A DNA stretch of 63,253 bases, counting the filler, from Dicyema japonicum (lineage: Eukaryota > Animalia > Dicyemida): assembly GCA_011109175.1 (NCBI GenBank). It is 8 parts of 8 records of this genome, joined end to end, with 100 filler letters (N's around TTAATTAATTAA, not from the genome) between each part and the next. Parts side by side here need not be neighbours in the genome. Positions count along the whole stretch, not along the records: positions 10,748 to 21,907 come from RDEW01000235.1; positions 22,008 to 25,828 come from RDEW01000085.1; 6 more parts are not named here. The stretch is one strand, 5' to 3'. A model generated the notes under the pieces. The model was given only the letters and a program-made list of their open reading frames with translations, searched no databases and had not been told where the DNA came from. Shown here in pieces: positions 12,344-24,720 of this stretch; within the stretch, counting starts at the first letter, position 1, and every line of letters begins with the position of its first letter. The position numbers and the translations under genes are program-made.

Positions 12344-12801
12344 CCGCGCAGTGTTTGATACTGAATTTAATTAAAAATATAGAACAACCCCTAACCAAAA
12401 TCGTTGCTTTAAGATTGCTACACTTCCCCTATGCAGCCTTCGGCCGCGCAGTGTTTGATACTGAATTTAATTAAAAATATAGAACAACCCCTAACCAAAA
12501 TCGTTGCTTTAAGATTGCTACACTTCCCCTATGCAGCCTTCGGCCGCGCAGTGTTTGATACTGAATTTATTTAAAAATATAGAACAACCTTTAACCAAAA
12601 TCGTTGCTTTAAGATTGCTACACTTCCCCTATGCAGCCTTCGGCCGCGCAGTGTTTGATACTGAATTTATTTAAAAATATAGAACAACCCCTAACCAAAA
12701 TCGTTGCTTTAAGATTGCTACACTTCCCCTATGCAGCCTTCGGCCGCGCAGTGTTTGATACTGAATTTATTTAAAAATATAGAACAACCCTTAACCAAAA
12801 T
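12344..12801. repeat. 100-bp tandem repeat, ~4.6 copies
   Basis: cgcgcagtgtttgatactg.. recurs at 12345, 12445, 12545, 12645 and 12745 with a few substitutions. Confidence 0.95.
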
Positions 12802-12803
12802 NC

Positions 12804-13602
12804 AAAGGTATTTGTTCCGCCTTAGATTTATCCGATTTATCATATCGAAGCAATCCACCAAACATTATAGAACAATCAAATAAGCATATTCCAGGTCCAA
12901 AAATCGTTGAAAAACTTCCTAAAAACCAGAAATAAAATCGCAAAATGTGCCAAAACCTCGTGAAAAAGCAATAGAAAAGACATGCATTGAAATTCCTCAC
13001 ATAAACAGACTTTGTCAAAAACAGTCGAATTCAACCTTCCAACCAATTATCCAAAAGAGCGAGAAGATTTACGAAAGTACGATCAGTAACTACCTTACTG
13101 GATATCTCAACCCTCCCAATAGACCTCGAACCATTCACCAAATTCGTGCCGTCAAGTCGGAAGGAGCGAAAAGTGCTCAAAATAATACTGGAGAGACAAT
13201 GAAAGTGAATTTGATCCACAACCACACATCCCGTCTGTCAAGCCGGAAAATTTTCAAAAAACCGTTACTCCAAACAAAGCTCAAATCAACCAGAAATTGA
13301 CTGTTCCCGCAAAAATGGATTTTACCGACATTTCTCCTGCGGAGAAAACAGTAAAGAATCATTTTCGGAGTCTACACGACAACTCTGAGAATTGGATGCG
13401 TCATTCAGCAGTGCCGCATTATGTTGATTTCCCGGAGGATCCAATTTCATTTAAGCCTGTTATTCCCTCGTGGAATGAGAATGAAGTTAAAGATAAATTT
13501 AAAAGAAATTCGGCTTCTCGGCAAAGACTTTTAAGCACGTTGAATGTCTCGGATAAATGGCCCCTGAGTTACCCTGGGAATGTCTACTCCGAGATATGTT
13601 AA
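12804..13602 (+). CDS. Uncharacterised protein, 5'-partial, two homopolymer frameshifts
   Basis: Open from the n at 12802. Adding one A at cctaaaaa|cca and one at agaaa|ttg joins the 117-aa and 101-aa ORFs. No family recognised. Confidence 0.55.
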
Positions 13603-13761
13603 CCAGTTTCCGAGTGGTAGAATAGTAATTTTGAAGATGAATATTAGAATTTAAAATAAAGTTATTAATTTTTTGAAAAATATTTTTTTAATAATGGATA
13701 ACCATATTTATAATAGACGAAATAGTTTTACATTAACACATTTTCTACTAGTGCACCGCCA

Positions 13762-14425
13762 ATGAGCAGTCCAATTGATAGAAAATTTAATTTCTTTTCT
13801 GAAATTGAGGACCAGATAAACATTCAAATAAATCATGAACTAAAAGCTTTTACACCTACTTGAACATAGTAGAATATCTAATTCTAAAATTTAGAGCACC
13901 CATTTTAGTCAAACAAGTGTAAATCATCCTGGATTGGCAAAATTTTTTCACAAAATGGCAGACGATGAGTTATCACATGCAAGAAAATTCATTCAATACC
14001 AACAAAGACGAGGAGGGGACGTCGTTTATACACCAATCGAAGTATTATTCATAACTTAGAAAAGCACATTCCCATAACTTCGACAAAAACCAACGAAATA
14101 ATTCTTTTTGCATTAAATACAGAAAAAAAATTACGGAAAAAATAGAGTATTTGCATTCACTAGCTGCAGAAAAAAGGACATTGACGTTGATTGTTAATAA
14201 TTAGCTTAGTGCGAAATTTTGTTGCGAGATCATTAAAGAGCAGTATGATGATTTAGAATCTTTTACGAGAATGGCCACGACTGTGCTCGCTGCAAAACGG
14301 ACATGGATTACATGTTCTTTGATAAAAGTCTGCGGTTAGTCGGCATTCTATTCTTTACTCTAACATTTTTTTCGGATTTAAATAACCTTTCGATATTCAA
14401 GTTCATTTTTATTCAGAATAAATAA
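13762..14425 (+). CDS. Ferritin (H-type ferroxidase residues retained), 3 introns, five 1-nt homopolymer deletions; both ends uncertain
   Basis: QINIQINHELKAFYTYLNI|STHFSQ..GLAKFFHKMADDELSHARKFIQYQQRRGG..ALNTEKKI..DID|LSAKFCCEIIKEQ..DYMFFDKSL. Introns of 26, 18 and 19 nt. Confidence 0.9.
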
Positions 14426-14810
14426 TTAGAATTTTAATTAGCCATTGACCCAAAAATAAAAATAGCCAAAATTCATAGCCTCAATTAAAAGACAAGAATG
14501 GTCTGTAAAGTTTATTGGATATCACATGTCGAAATTTTTAATGTTGTTGATTTTATTCAAAACAATTTTATTCAGCAAAAAATTCCAACCGTGAATCATA
14601 CCAAAATATTTATATAATCCATAAAAATAAAATAGGGAGTCTAGCTAATCGAGCATAGGGCTAAAGTTTAGACATAAGATTAGATTCCATTTTTAAAACG
14701 GCTGAGAATTTGTTCTGCAAAGACAGTGTATACTGTAAGCCACATAAAAAGCAAAAAATCTTCAGAACTCGAAATATTTTTAAATTTACATAAATTATTT
14801 AAGATCTAAA

Positions 14811-17782
14811 ATGTTCTCATCCACTCCGCAAGAGTCAAAATTACAATTTACAGTTTTAACAAAAAATCGTGGACGAACCAATCTGAAAAGTCATTCATTA
14901 TTCAAATAATCTTTGTCTATTAAACAAATTGATTAAAGTCGACTCTGTGTACAATCTTTTCTTTTTAGAGCGATAAAAAGAAGCCTGGATGGGTAGTTGT
15001 ATAAAAATACTCCGTTTATAAAATACTTATTCATTTTTAATAAAATGAAGACATTAATTTAAAATTATTCAATTTCATATTTGATTTAGTGGAAATTAAC
15101 ATTTCCAATGTCGGTTCTCGACAATCAATCAGAAGTGCTCCAAAAGCTATTTCGGTTTAGTTATTCGTTTAATGAGTAAATTCAGTCTCGAAGGAGAATT
15201 ATCTGCTAAATCCGCACAAGTGGAAACTCGTGACGAAACAATTCACGCCCTCAAGTCTAAAATTGGCGAAATATATTTTGAAGTATAACTAAAAATCAAA
15301 TTCCAGCTTCATTCTGCCATGAATAAACTATATTGGGCGACACTATCGAGCGTCTAAACTTCACTATAAATAATCAACAAGCCCAAATTGAACAACTTCG
15401 GACTCAACTTGGAAACTTTTCCCTGCAAAATAATTATTTGGAAAATTTAAAAAATCGATTCAAATCACAAATGTGTGTTCTTAGTGGCAAAATCGATGCT
15501 ATTGGCCTTAGAAGTGATAGGGTTTGGTCCTCCTGTTTATGTGGCATAGTTTTTATGTGTCAAAAAGGACACTGCTGAATTAAAAGAGAGATTTTTACGA
15601 ACTTATTTCCAATAAATTAAGCCAAATCGGTGTTTTAGTGGAAGAGAGAGACCAAACGAGTGCTGAAAATGCCTCTCTTGTAATAATCAATGATCAAATA
15701 AAGCAAGAGCAAGGGGAAAATGCAGACAAAATTGCCAATCTTGAGGCCGAGTTGACAAAATTTTTAGAAAAATCTCGACATGCTGACAAACTGCGGTCTG
15801 AATTGGAGGAAATGAATAAATCATGGGAGACTGTCGCCCTAAATTTGACCCAAAAAACTTCAGATTTTGATTCACTTTCAAACAAATATTTAATCCTGGA
15901 AAGTCAATTTCTTGAGTTAAAAGATCAGAAAAATCTTTGCGATCAAAAAATCGTTGAACTTGGCAAAGAGCGGACCAACCTTGACAAAGTCGTTAAAGAA
16001 CGCCAAATAGATTACACTGACCTTGAAATGACTGTCCATCGCTTACAATGTGAGGTTAATCAAATAAACGAACAAAAATCGTGTCTCGTGAATCAAATGC
16101 AGTCTCAGATGGATTTTCACGAGCAGCTGACTCGTAAATTGGAGAGTTGCCAAATTGCCAAGGAACAGCTGCTACAAAATTTCGAACTTGAGAAAAACAA
16201 CGAATGCCAAATTAGAGAGCAAAATGCTTCTCTGGTTGCTCAGAATTTGACCCTGTCCTCTCAGAATGTTACAATCAACGAATTAATGAACAACATAACC
16301 AAGGAGAGGACCATTTTGAACAAATCAATAGCAGGAACTCTGATTGGGAGAACGCATACTCCTCATTAGAAACCCAGTTTGTACATTTGCAGTCCAAAAG
16401 AGAAATCGATCAACAGACTTTGGCGATGTTGAACGAGGAAAACAAACAGCTGGCCTGGAAATGTAATCAAATCAAAAATGACTTTTCGAAAAAAGTCCAA
16501 ACGTTAAACAAAGAGATGGAAATGTTGAAGAAGTTTGTAGAAGATTTAGAACACGACAAAATTAAAGCTGTGGAGGAGATAAATCGTCTGGAACAGCTTA
16601 GGGTTGATGCTGGAGGGATAATAACCAATCTCCACGAGAAAGAGACTCTGTTAGAGCTCAGCTAAAGAGATTTCAGGTCGAGGAATTGGATAAAACGAAC
16701 AAACTTATTTCGGAACGAAATGATCTCACACATATTTTAGAACTAACGAATGCTGACCATCTCAGATCGCAAGTTGAATATCGTCAGTTGACGGCACAAC
16801 TACAAAATGAAATTCAAACACTCAAACAGGAATTTGCGGAGTTGCACACAAATTTCTGTAAACTAAGCCAAGAACGAATCGAGATTGACCAATTGAGCAA
16901 TTTGAACGATTCTCTACAAGTGGAGATATCTCGGATGCACAAAACTAAAGAGATTCTCTCGTCCAGAGTGGATAAAACTTGAGAGTGACAACATTCGGTC
17001 CAAAGAATTGCTCTACAAGCTCGAATTAGATAGAAAGTCCATTGATGAGTTGAATAGACGTTTAAATGCTGAGAAGGATGAAATTAGTGAGCATGTTAAT
17101 TCTTTACAACAGCAAAATATGGTCTTGGAATCTCATTTAAAAACAGTTAAAGAACAGCAAGTTCAGGATGCTCAAGTCCACTGTGATGTCTGGTACTTGC
17201 GGGAAGAGAATGATACTCTCAAGGCACAGTTACATTTGACTGAGGTGAATCTCAGCACCACAATGTTCCAATGCCATCAACTCAAATGTACAAATGACGA
17301 ATTTTACTGTCAGATTGGAGAATTGGATTTACTAAGATCCCGTAACGATGAACTCGAAACAATCTATATTTTATAAATCTTAAAATTCGGAGTATCTCTC
17401 CATAATATCTCGACTCAAACAACAAGTGAATGTTGATAATTTAAGCGAGTTACATTCAAAAGAGTCTTATGAGGTGGAGGATGTTTTTTCTTACAATGAA
17501 TCCGATCGAGAAAATGAGATAAAGGCCAATTTTGTTGACGAACTGATTTGTAATGAACATAGAATGCTTCCTGAAACGATTAACAACCTGCAAAAGCAAG
17601 AACTGCAAGCTCGACAGTATAAATTCGTCGAATTAACTGTTGTAGAATTGTTGACAGTATTGACGCCGGTTCGATATACGATCTTGCTCTTGGAATTGAA
17701 AATTACATGCGAAATTTGGAATGTTTTTCAACAGAATACACCAATGCTTCTAATACGATCGAAGAGATTAAATGTATGTTAA
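14811..17782 (+). CDS. Long coiled-coil protein (golgin/centrosomal-like), fragmented by homopolymer indels
   Basis: Successive E/Q/K/L-rich heptad ORFs that join on 1-nt corrections (aacaaa|tc, gagaaa|ga, gataaaa|ct). 5' exon structure uncertain. Confidence 0.65.
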
Positions 17783-18088
17783 TATCCTAATTATTATTTG
17801 ATGATAAAGATTATTCTTAAATTAAAAGAAAGTGACTTGAACTTTTATAGTTGTTCCATTCACTAATTGAGGCTCCAGAAAAACCACTAAATATAGGGAT
17901 TATATGTTTTATTAAATACTGTCGATAAATGGATTTTATAAGTAAAGTATTTTTGTTACACATTCTGGAGGAAGCTCGGCGATTTTAAAATTAATAAAAA
18001 TATTTTATTAATTCGTTATGCCTTTTTACTTATAAATATAAAGTGTCCAAAATATAATTTCCAAAATCCATGGAAATATTAACTAAAC

Positions 18089-21000
18089 ATGTCTTTTGCG
18101 AGCAAAAAATCTGTTAGTTAAAATATCTAATATATTTAAGAGTCGAGGAAATTCATTTACATTAAACGTGAAAAAACCAAGAAAATCAAAGACAGAGTAA
18201 GAGAAATGCTTTATCAGTCGACATTGAGAGACCAGGTTAGAGGAAATAATTCACACTTCAGTCCCTGATGGAATCGTTTCGCTATTACTGACTTCCAGCA
18301 CTCAGGCTATATTTAATCTGCGCGTCGAGAAGACGTTACATCAACAAACTGGATGAAAAGAATTAAAAAAGAGGAAATTATGAAGGATATTTTCAATCGA
18401 GCTGCGGTCTCCGACTTTAAACCTTTCAAAGACGTCATCGTTAATTATCCTGAGGAGGAAATTCTTATTTGCTATGACTTTAACTTTAATATGGGAATAA
18501 CTTTTATATGGCAACCAGCCTCGAGGCAGCAAACACACTTACAGATGGGGTTGGTCAAATTGATTAAGTCGCAGGCTTGAAAATTTAATTTCTGAAGAAA
18601 GTTCAGAAGAAATTCCTTTGGTGTACATTCCTCAGTATCTACAAGAATGGCTCTCATACGGAAGTGAGAAGGAGATCGAGGAAGAAAACATAAGACAATA
18701 TTCAAAGCAGTTCTTATCAACGAGGTGTATTTTAGATTACAGTCTTAATTTCTTGTTCAAATAAACTGCTCGACCAGCATCGGCAATTCCAGGACAGAGA
18801 AGTCGAGAAGGCGAGGGACGGGCTGATTAATATCAAATCCTCAAATGCGATGATTTTTCTATAAAAATCCCCCTTTTTGATAGAGGAACTAATGTTTGTG
18901 AATTGATGTTTCAACAAGGCAGACAATCAACACAAAGTTGGACGGGACAAGTCAAGTAGAGTGGAAATATCCCCTCAACAAAGCCACAGAATATGAATCC
19001 GCGAAATCGAGATCTCAGAAAAAGAACTCATCCAGGCAACTGAAGAATTCAGTCGAAACTGCATGTTCTAAAGAGAAAGAGTAAATTTTGACTTTTCTGT
19101 TATCTTAGACTGTTTTGTTCTTTACAGCAAAACGAGTTATTCGACATATTTAAAGACGAATGGTGGTCCCTTGGCGACGTAAGTAAGACCTTTGACAACA
19201 AGCTGGATATCCATCTGCGGGTCTTCCTCACATGATAATTAATTTAGGAGTATCAATCATTTTCTGACCTCAAATCCACGAGAGCACAAATTGTCAGTTG
19301 CATTCGGTGGCACCGCTATACTCAGGTTTCGTTAACTTCAGCATTTCAGGAGTCATCGCGGTTTCTTTGATCCATGGAAACACTTTCGACTACAAAATAA
19401 ACAATGAACACAAACTTTTGGTAGAAAAATCGCTTATCCTGTTTTGGTGTTTTTCTGACCCAATAAATCCCCAAGTAAACGTGATTGAGACATTTCTCAG
19501 TTGATACTTGAAGCACCCAACGACGTGACAGTCTTCGACTTTAACCCTTCAAATCCCAATTATGTGGCCGCTGGGTGTATGAACGGAACAATCGTCATAT
19601 GGACATTTCAGAATATTCCCATGTACTACAACCACAGGCAGCCACTCAAAAACCTGTTGACGCATTCGTAAAAATTTGAAAAATATTTAAGTCCGGGTAT
19701 GATAATGATTCGGCTTTTACAACTCCGTGTGTTGACTGCTTTTCTTCCACAGCCATTGGCTCGTCCCACACGTGTGCGGTCACGGACATGATTTGGATTC
19801 CAAGTCATTTTGAAGTTATGTTTTGTAAAGTAGAATTTTCAGATTAGCAAAAAATGGCGAACCAATGGAGAATTCAATGAATTTTTCATCACAAATAATG
19901 TCATGTGGACTTGATAGGTGAGGATATTATGACTTAGACCAGCACATTATTCTTATTCGAACATTCGTAACTATCGACTACATCAATGGGAGCGGGAAAA
20001 GGTGGATTCTCCCTGTCCGAACGAATACTTTCGACTACCTCAATTTGATATGGAAGCCTTTTCTTAAAGTATCGAATGATATTAAGTATATTGAGGTAAC
20101 GACCCATCACAAGGAGAATGGAAAATTCTACTACCCAGTCAAGTTCTCGATCCACGAATGCACGAATATGGGTGTCCATGATCTTTGAAGACTCTGTAGA
20201 AAATCACAGAAAGCCGCAGAATCCTCCACTAACAGTGCAGGAATGTTCGCAAAAATTATACACATCAGACAAAACAGTTTTGAACTCAATTACTACCATG
20301 TTTTATGTCGGAGCAGATGTTTTACGAGTTGTCCTAATCTGGTAGGACGGGAACTTATTTATTTGAATTGGATCCAGAAAAGGATTTTTGAGTCGGGAAA
20401 ATTTGAAAGTGATAATTTGTTGTGTACAAGCATAGCTCCAAGCCCGAATTCACAGCACAAGAGCACTATGGTCCGGTCACTGCCTTAGTCAGATCTCCAT
20501 TTTTGAGAGACTTGCTTCTATGTGTCGGAGGCTGGAACTTTTCTCTTTGGAAGGAAAACTTTCATGTATCTGATATTTCTAACCACAGCTGGACCTCTTA
20601 TAAAGAGCAAAAAATTCAGCAGACGACTCACATCGGCCGAATGGTCTCTTTCCAGGCCCACCGTATTTTATATCGGACGTGATGATGGCTCCATTGACAT
20701 TTGGGATTTGTTGGACAAATCTCACGAGCCCACTGCTTCTCAAAGTATATCACTGTCTACCATAACATCGATAAACATCACGACTGCTAATATTTATGAT
20801 TTTTATGTAATTTTTCCAGAGAAACAGCATTTGATGGCAGTTGGGGATGAACAAGCCACTCTGCACATAATCAAGATTCTACAGTCTATGTATTCCACAC
20901 TCAAACGAGGTTCTGTTTTTGTTGTTACGAATAGCTGAATCAATTTAAAAATCACATTGACCGAGAAATAAAAAGACGAATCTTTGTAAAAAGAAGATAC

Positions 21001-21208
21001 GACATCAGGGAAGACGAAAAGCAAAAAGAGCACGAAGAAAATAAAAAACAGGCCGGAGTAAATTTGTAAGACCCCTCTGGTTGTTCTTAGTAAAGAGGAG
21101 ATTGAAGCTAGGATGAAGCTGGACTACAATAAATTCTTAGAAGAGGAAAAGCAAGTTTTATACTCATTGGGATTATCCAAGAGTGACTTAATCAGACTAA
21201 AAATTTAG
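18089..21208 (+). CDS. DNAI3: Dynein axonemal intermediate chain 3 (WDR63/IC140), many short introns and homopolymer frameshifts
   Basis: LLLTSSTQAIFNLRV.EDVT; FNRAAVSDFKP; SLILFWCFSDPINPQ; NPNYVAAGCMNGTIVIWD; VRSPFLRDLLLCVGGWNFSLWKE; WSLSRPTVFYIGRDDGSIDIWDLLDKSHEP; MKLDYNKFLEEEKQVLYSLGL. Confidence 0.9.
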
Positions 21209-21399
21209 TTTACAGCTTTTATTAACATTTAAACTATTTACTAATGGTACAAAGACTGACATGGAAATGAAAAAAAATGTTTGAGTGACCACACCGCTTG
21301 AGACAAGTCGCATTCACCACTGTTCATCTGTCTACCATAACATCGATAAACATCACGACTGTTCATCTCCAATAGAATTTTAAATGACTCCTCGGCAGT

Positions 21400-21900
21400 T
21401 GGTATTTCCTGGACATTTGAGCTGTGTTTCTATTCGACAGCATCCAACTCGTCCTAAGCGATCAGGCGGAAGGATTTAAGCTTCAATTGTGCAGATGTTT
21501 TACAATCAATTTACTATTGACTAGTTCTCCAATTTTGGTATACAAGGTTAACGACCACGAACCGGATCAAACTTGTTTTGCTTAATAACAAAACGTAGGG
21601 ATTTATTAAATGGCACTGAACCTCAGGGACCTCTCGTCTACGAAGGCTCTTTTATGCCTTCTTATGTTGGTTGCCTAGACATTTTGTCCAGGAATAGAAT
21701 TATATTATTAAATTTTCTTCATAGATGACTGCAATTTTCCCCTTAAAATAATAAGTTCTCCAGCGATTTCCGTCAATTCAAATTCGGCCCAGATGTATCC
21801 ATGGAGAACAACTTCCAATTTCCATTAGGTCGTCAACTTCTGGTTTTCGATTTTGACCTGTTTTTGTTTTTTTCTGTCGTCAAGTGAAACAAATTTGTTT
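21400..21900 (-). mobile_element. Ty3/gypsy integrase remnant (tentative)
   Basis: WKLFSMDTSGP..IILFLDKMSR resembles integrase vsmDivGP..lv.vD.fSr. Many stops. Confidence 0.35.
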
Positions 21901-22009
21901 TTAAAACNNNNNNNNNNNNNNNNNNNNNNNNNNNNNNNNNNNNNNNNNNNNTTAATTAATTAANNNNNNNNNNNNNNNNNNNNNNNNNNNNNNNNNNNNN
22001 NNNNNNNTC

Positions 22010-22560
22010 AATCTTCCTCATATTTGTCCAAGATACAGCCATAAGGGATGCTTCCCATTAGATCCCCGACATGATGATCTTATCGAAAGAAGACAGTCTT
22101 GATAGGTTTGACGTAGCATTGCTCAAGGAAAGGATCCAGGGGCAGAACGTAGATATTAAAAAGGGATAGTCTTCCTTTCGTTGTCCTTAGCGATTATTTC
22201 GGTAACCTCAACATCCTCAACAAGTTTCCTTACCTCCGAGGAGATATGTCTTGATTTCAGCTTCTCTTTGTTAGAGTGACCAGACCTCCACCTAGTTTCT
22301 CTAGGGTCTATCCTGATAGCCTTGTATCCAGGGAATGAGGAGTAGAGTCATTTAAAGTGAGTTTGGTGTGTAGAATCATAACCATGTTGATCTTCTGACT
22401 TGTCAGGAGTTAGCCGAGGTCCCTGGTCTTCCTTTAGAGTCATTTAAAGTGAGTTTGGTGTGTAGAATCATAACCATGTTGATCTTCTGACTTGTCAGGA
22501 GTTAGCCGAGGTCCCTGGTTTTTCCTTTATTTTCAATGATGTTCAGCTGAAGAACAGTAA
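22010..22560 (-). mobile_element. Degenerate non-LTR RT remnant (tentative)
   Basis: RLSPFNIYVLPLDPFL echoes gdsLSPllF.l.mDPl. Confidence 0.3.
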
Positions 22561-22982
22561 AGTGATTTTCTCTTCTGTGGACTCAGGAAATGCATTGCCT
22601 GGAGAAGAGAATGTCAAGATAGGAGAGGATCTAAAGGTCATTTTTCTGTGGACATTATGTGCCCCCTGGGCGTTTCCAGATCCCTTTGAATCGATAGACC
22701 ACATAAAGCTGAGCTAATAGTTAATACAGAATTTATTTATTTAGATACCCTGAATCTCCGAGAAAAAAGAAATCCCAGTTTCCGCAATTAATCAAGCAAT
22801 CTAATGTAGTAGTCTCCCATTGTTCTACTTCTCTCATCACTTCAGAAGAATCCGATTGGAAAAAAAAACCTTGCCTTGGAAAAAAACAGGCGAAATGGGT
22901 TTACATCCTTCTCACAGAACCGGAAAACTCTACATCTGTGATTACGGTTTGTTTCTCTCGTTAGTAGAGGATTGACTTTTGA

Positions 22983-24338
22983 TCAAATATGAGGGCCCAT
23001 CATATGAATTGTTTTCNCCCGAATAATAAATTTAATATCTAGTATTATATTAATATTACTTATAACAGAATCATCACTCACAGTGAATATGAAGTAGTCC
23101 TTTTTATACAGTCCCATACGGAAGGTATAACCAGAACTTTGACATATGCAGTCTTCCAAAGAATTCATATTTCTTCTACACGGCATCAAAAACTTCTTCA
23201 TCTCTCTGCAGATTTCGTCGAAATCTACTTCGAACCCATTCCCTGATTTCGCGACTTTCTAACAATAACCCTTTGAACTACCAGAAAAGACGACATATTA
23301 ATCAAGGCCGCCTGTTCGATCGAATTGTCCAGCAGATCTCGTCGAAATCTACTTCGAACCCACTCCCTGATTTCGCGACTTTCTAACAATAACCCTTTGA
23401 ACTACCAGAAAAGACGACATATTAATCAAGGCAGCCTGTTCGATCAAATTGTCCAACCTGAACTCGTCCAGATCCCTCTGAATCTCTTCAATGTTGGGAA
23501 TCAGGTTGTTTACAACTTGCGACCATGAATTATACAAGGATGAGTTCATTATTGAGGTCGGAAAGCACACAACGTCGAAATCTTTACAGACGTCGGAAAT
23601 ACGTGTTTTCCATGACTCAAACACTTTCTTTTTGTTGCTATCGGAGATGAGGTCCATCTTGTTGACCATACAGAACGCTTTGGCGGTGGGGGAAAACTCT
23701 CTCAGACATTTCATACAGTTATGCAATGTCTCCATATTATTCCTTGTATCATTGCTTCTGGCATCGAGGACGTAGATGAGCATGCGGGTATTTATAAACA
23801 CTTCATGACGACGATGGGACAAAAACTGTTTCATGAATTTATCTTGTCCCCCACAATCCCACAGTTGAAGAATCAAACCATCCTGAATGCGAAAGTTTGT
23901 ATACTCAACATCATCTGTCATTATTACCANGTGGGGGAAAACTCTCTCAGACATTTCATACAGTTATGCAATGTCTCCATATTATTCCTTGTATCATTGC
24001 TTCTGGCATCAAGGACGTAAATAAACATGCGGGTATTCATAAACACTTCATGACGACGATGGGACAAAAACTGTTTCATGAATTTATCTTGTCCCCCACA
24101 ATCCCACAGTTGAAGAATCAAACCATCCTGAATGCGAAAGTTTGTATACTCAACATCATCTGTCATTATTACCAAACTGCAAACTCGTGGATGCTAATCT
24201 GTTAGTGTCCATTTTCAAAGTATTTGAGAAAATGATCCCCCGCATGCTAGTTTTACCGGCATAATTTAGTCCCATAATTAGGATCTGTAAATTAGGCACA
24301 TTAATGACTTTTTCTTTGGGTATATTTTGAAAGTCCAT
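22983..24338 (-). CDS. RRAGA: Rag GTPase A/B (Gtr1), 3 introns; two internal segments duplicated by assembly
   Basis: K|ILIMGLNYAGKTSMRGIIFSN..LASTN|DVEYTNFR..LILQLWDCGGQDKFM..LIYVLDA..SPTAKAFCMVNKMDLI..FPTSIMNSSLYNSWSQVVNNLIPN..SSFL|KVA..CREMKKFLMPC. Introns 24, 25, 23 nt. 3' end has an ambiguous n. Confidence 0.92.
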
Positions 24339-24429
24339 TTATTACCAGATATATTGTATTTGAATTATTTCTGACATAAATTATTTATTTCAATTTTATT
24401 ATTTTTATAATATAATAAATTATGTTAAT

Positions 24430-24720
24430 TTATATTAATATTTATATAAAACCAATCCCACATACTTTGGGATTCGTCTTTACTTTTAATGCATTGGATG
24501 GAGTCTGTTTCTGTGACAGTGAGAACTGGATGCAGTTATTTGGTGTTAACTTCTTTCTTGGTGTATTTGAGGTTAATGATTATTTCATCTGGACATTTCC
24601 ATTTCCGCGATTTCTCCCTAATGACAGACTACCTAGTCCCAAGTTTAAAACTATGCCACTTTTAAAAAATTTTATTAGTCATCTTTCCTATTTGCATTAT
24701 ATTCACATGACGAATTTGAT
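24430..24720 (-). pseudogene. Diverged relative of the cassette T module (TPRKKL ORF)
   Basis: NTPRKKLTPNNCIQFSLSQKQTPSNALKVK aligns at DNA and protein level with cassette VTPRKKLTVDNELSLSSSQFTVTESFQSHTSPSRTSIKS. Confidence 0.4.

Noticed and set aside
10864-12474. Plus-strand ORFs overlapping the LINE
   Set aside because: Antisense shadows of a GC-richer RT sequence.
13740-13762. Possible iron-responsive element before ferritin (tagtgc)
   Set aside because: Loop is not CAGUGN and no stem with a bulged C can be drawn.
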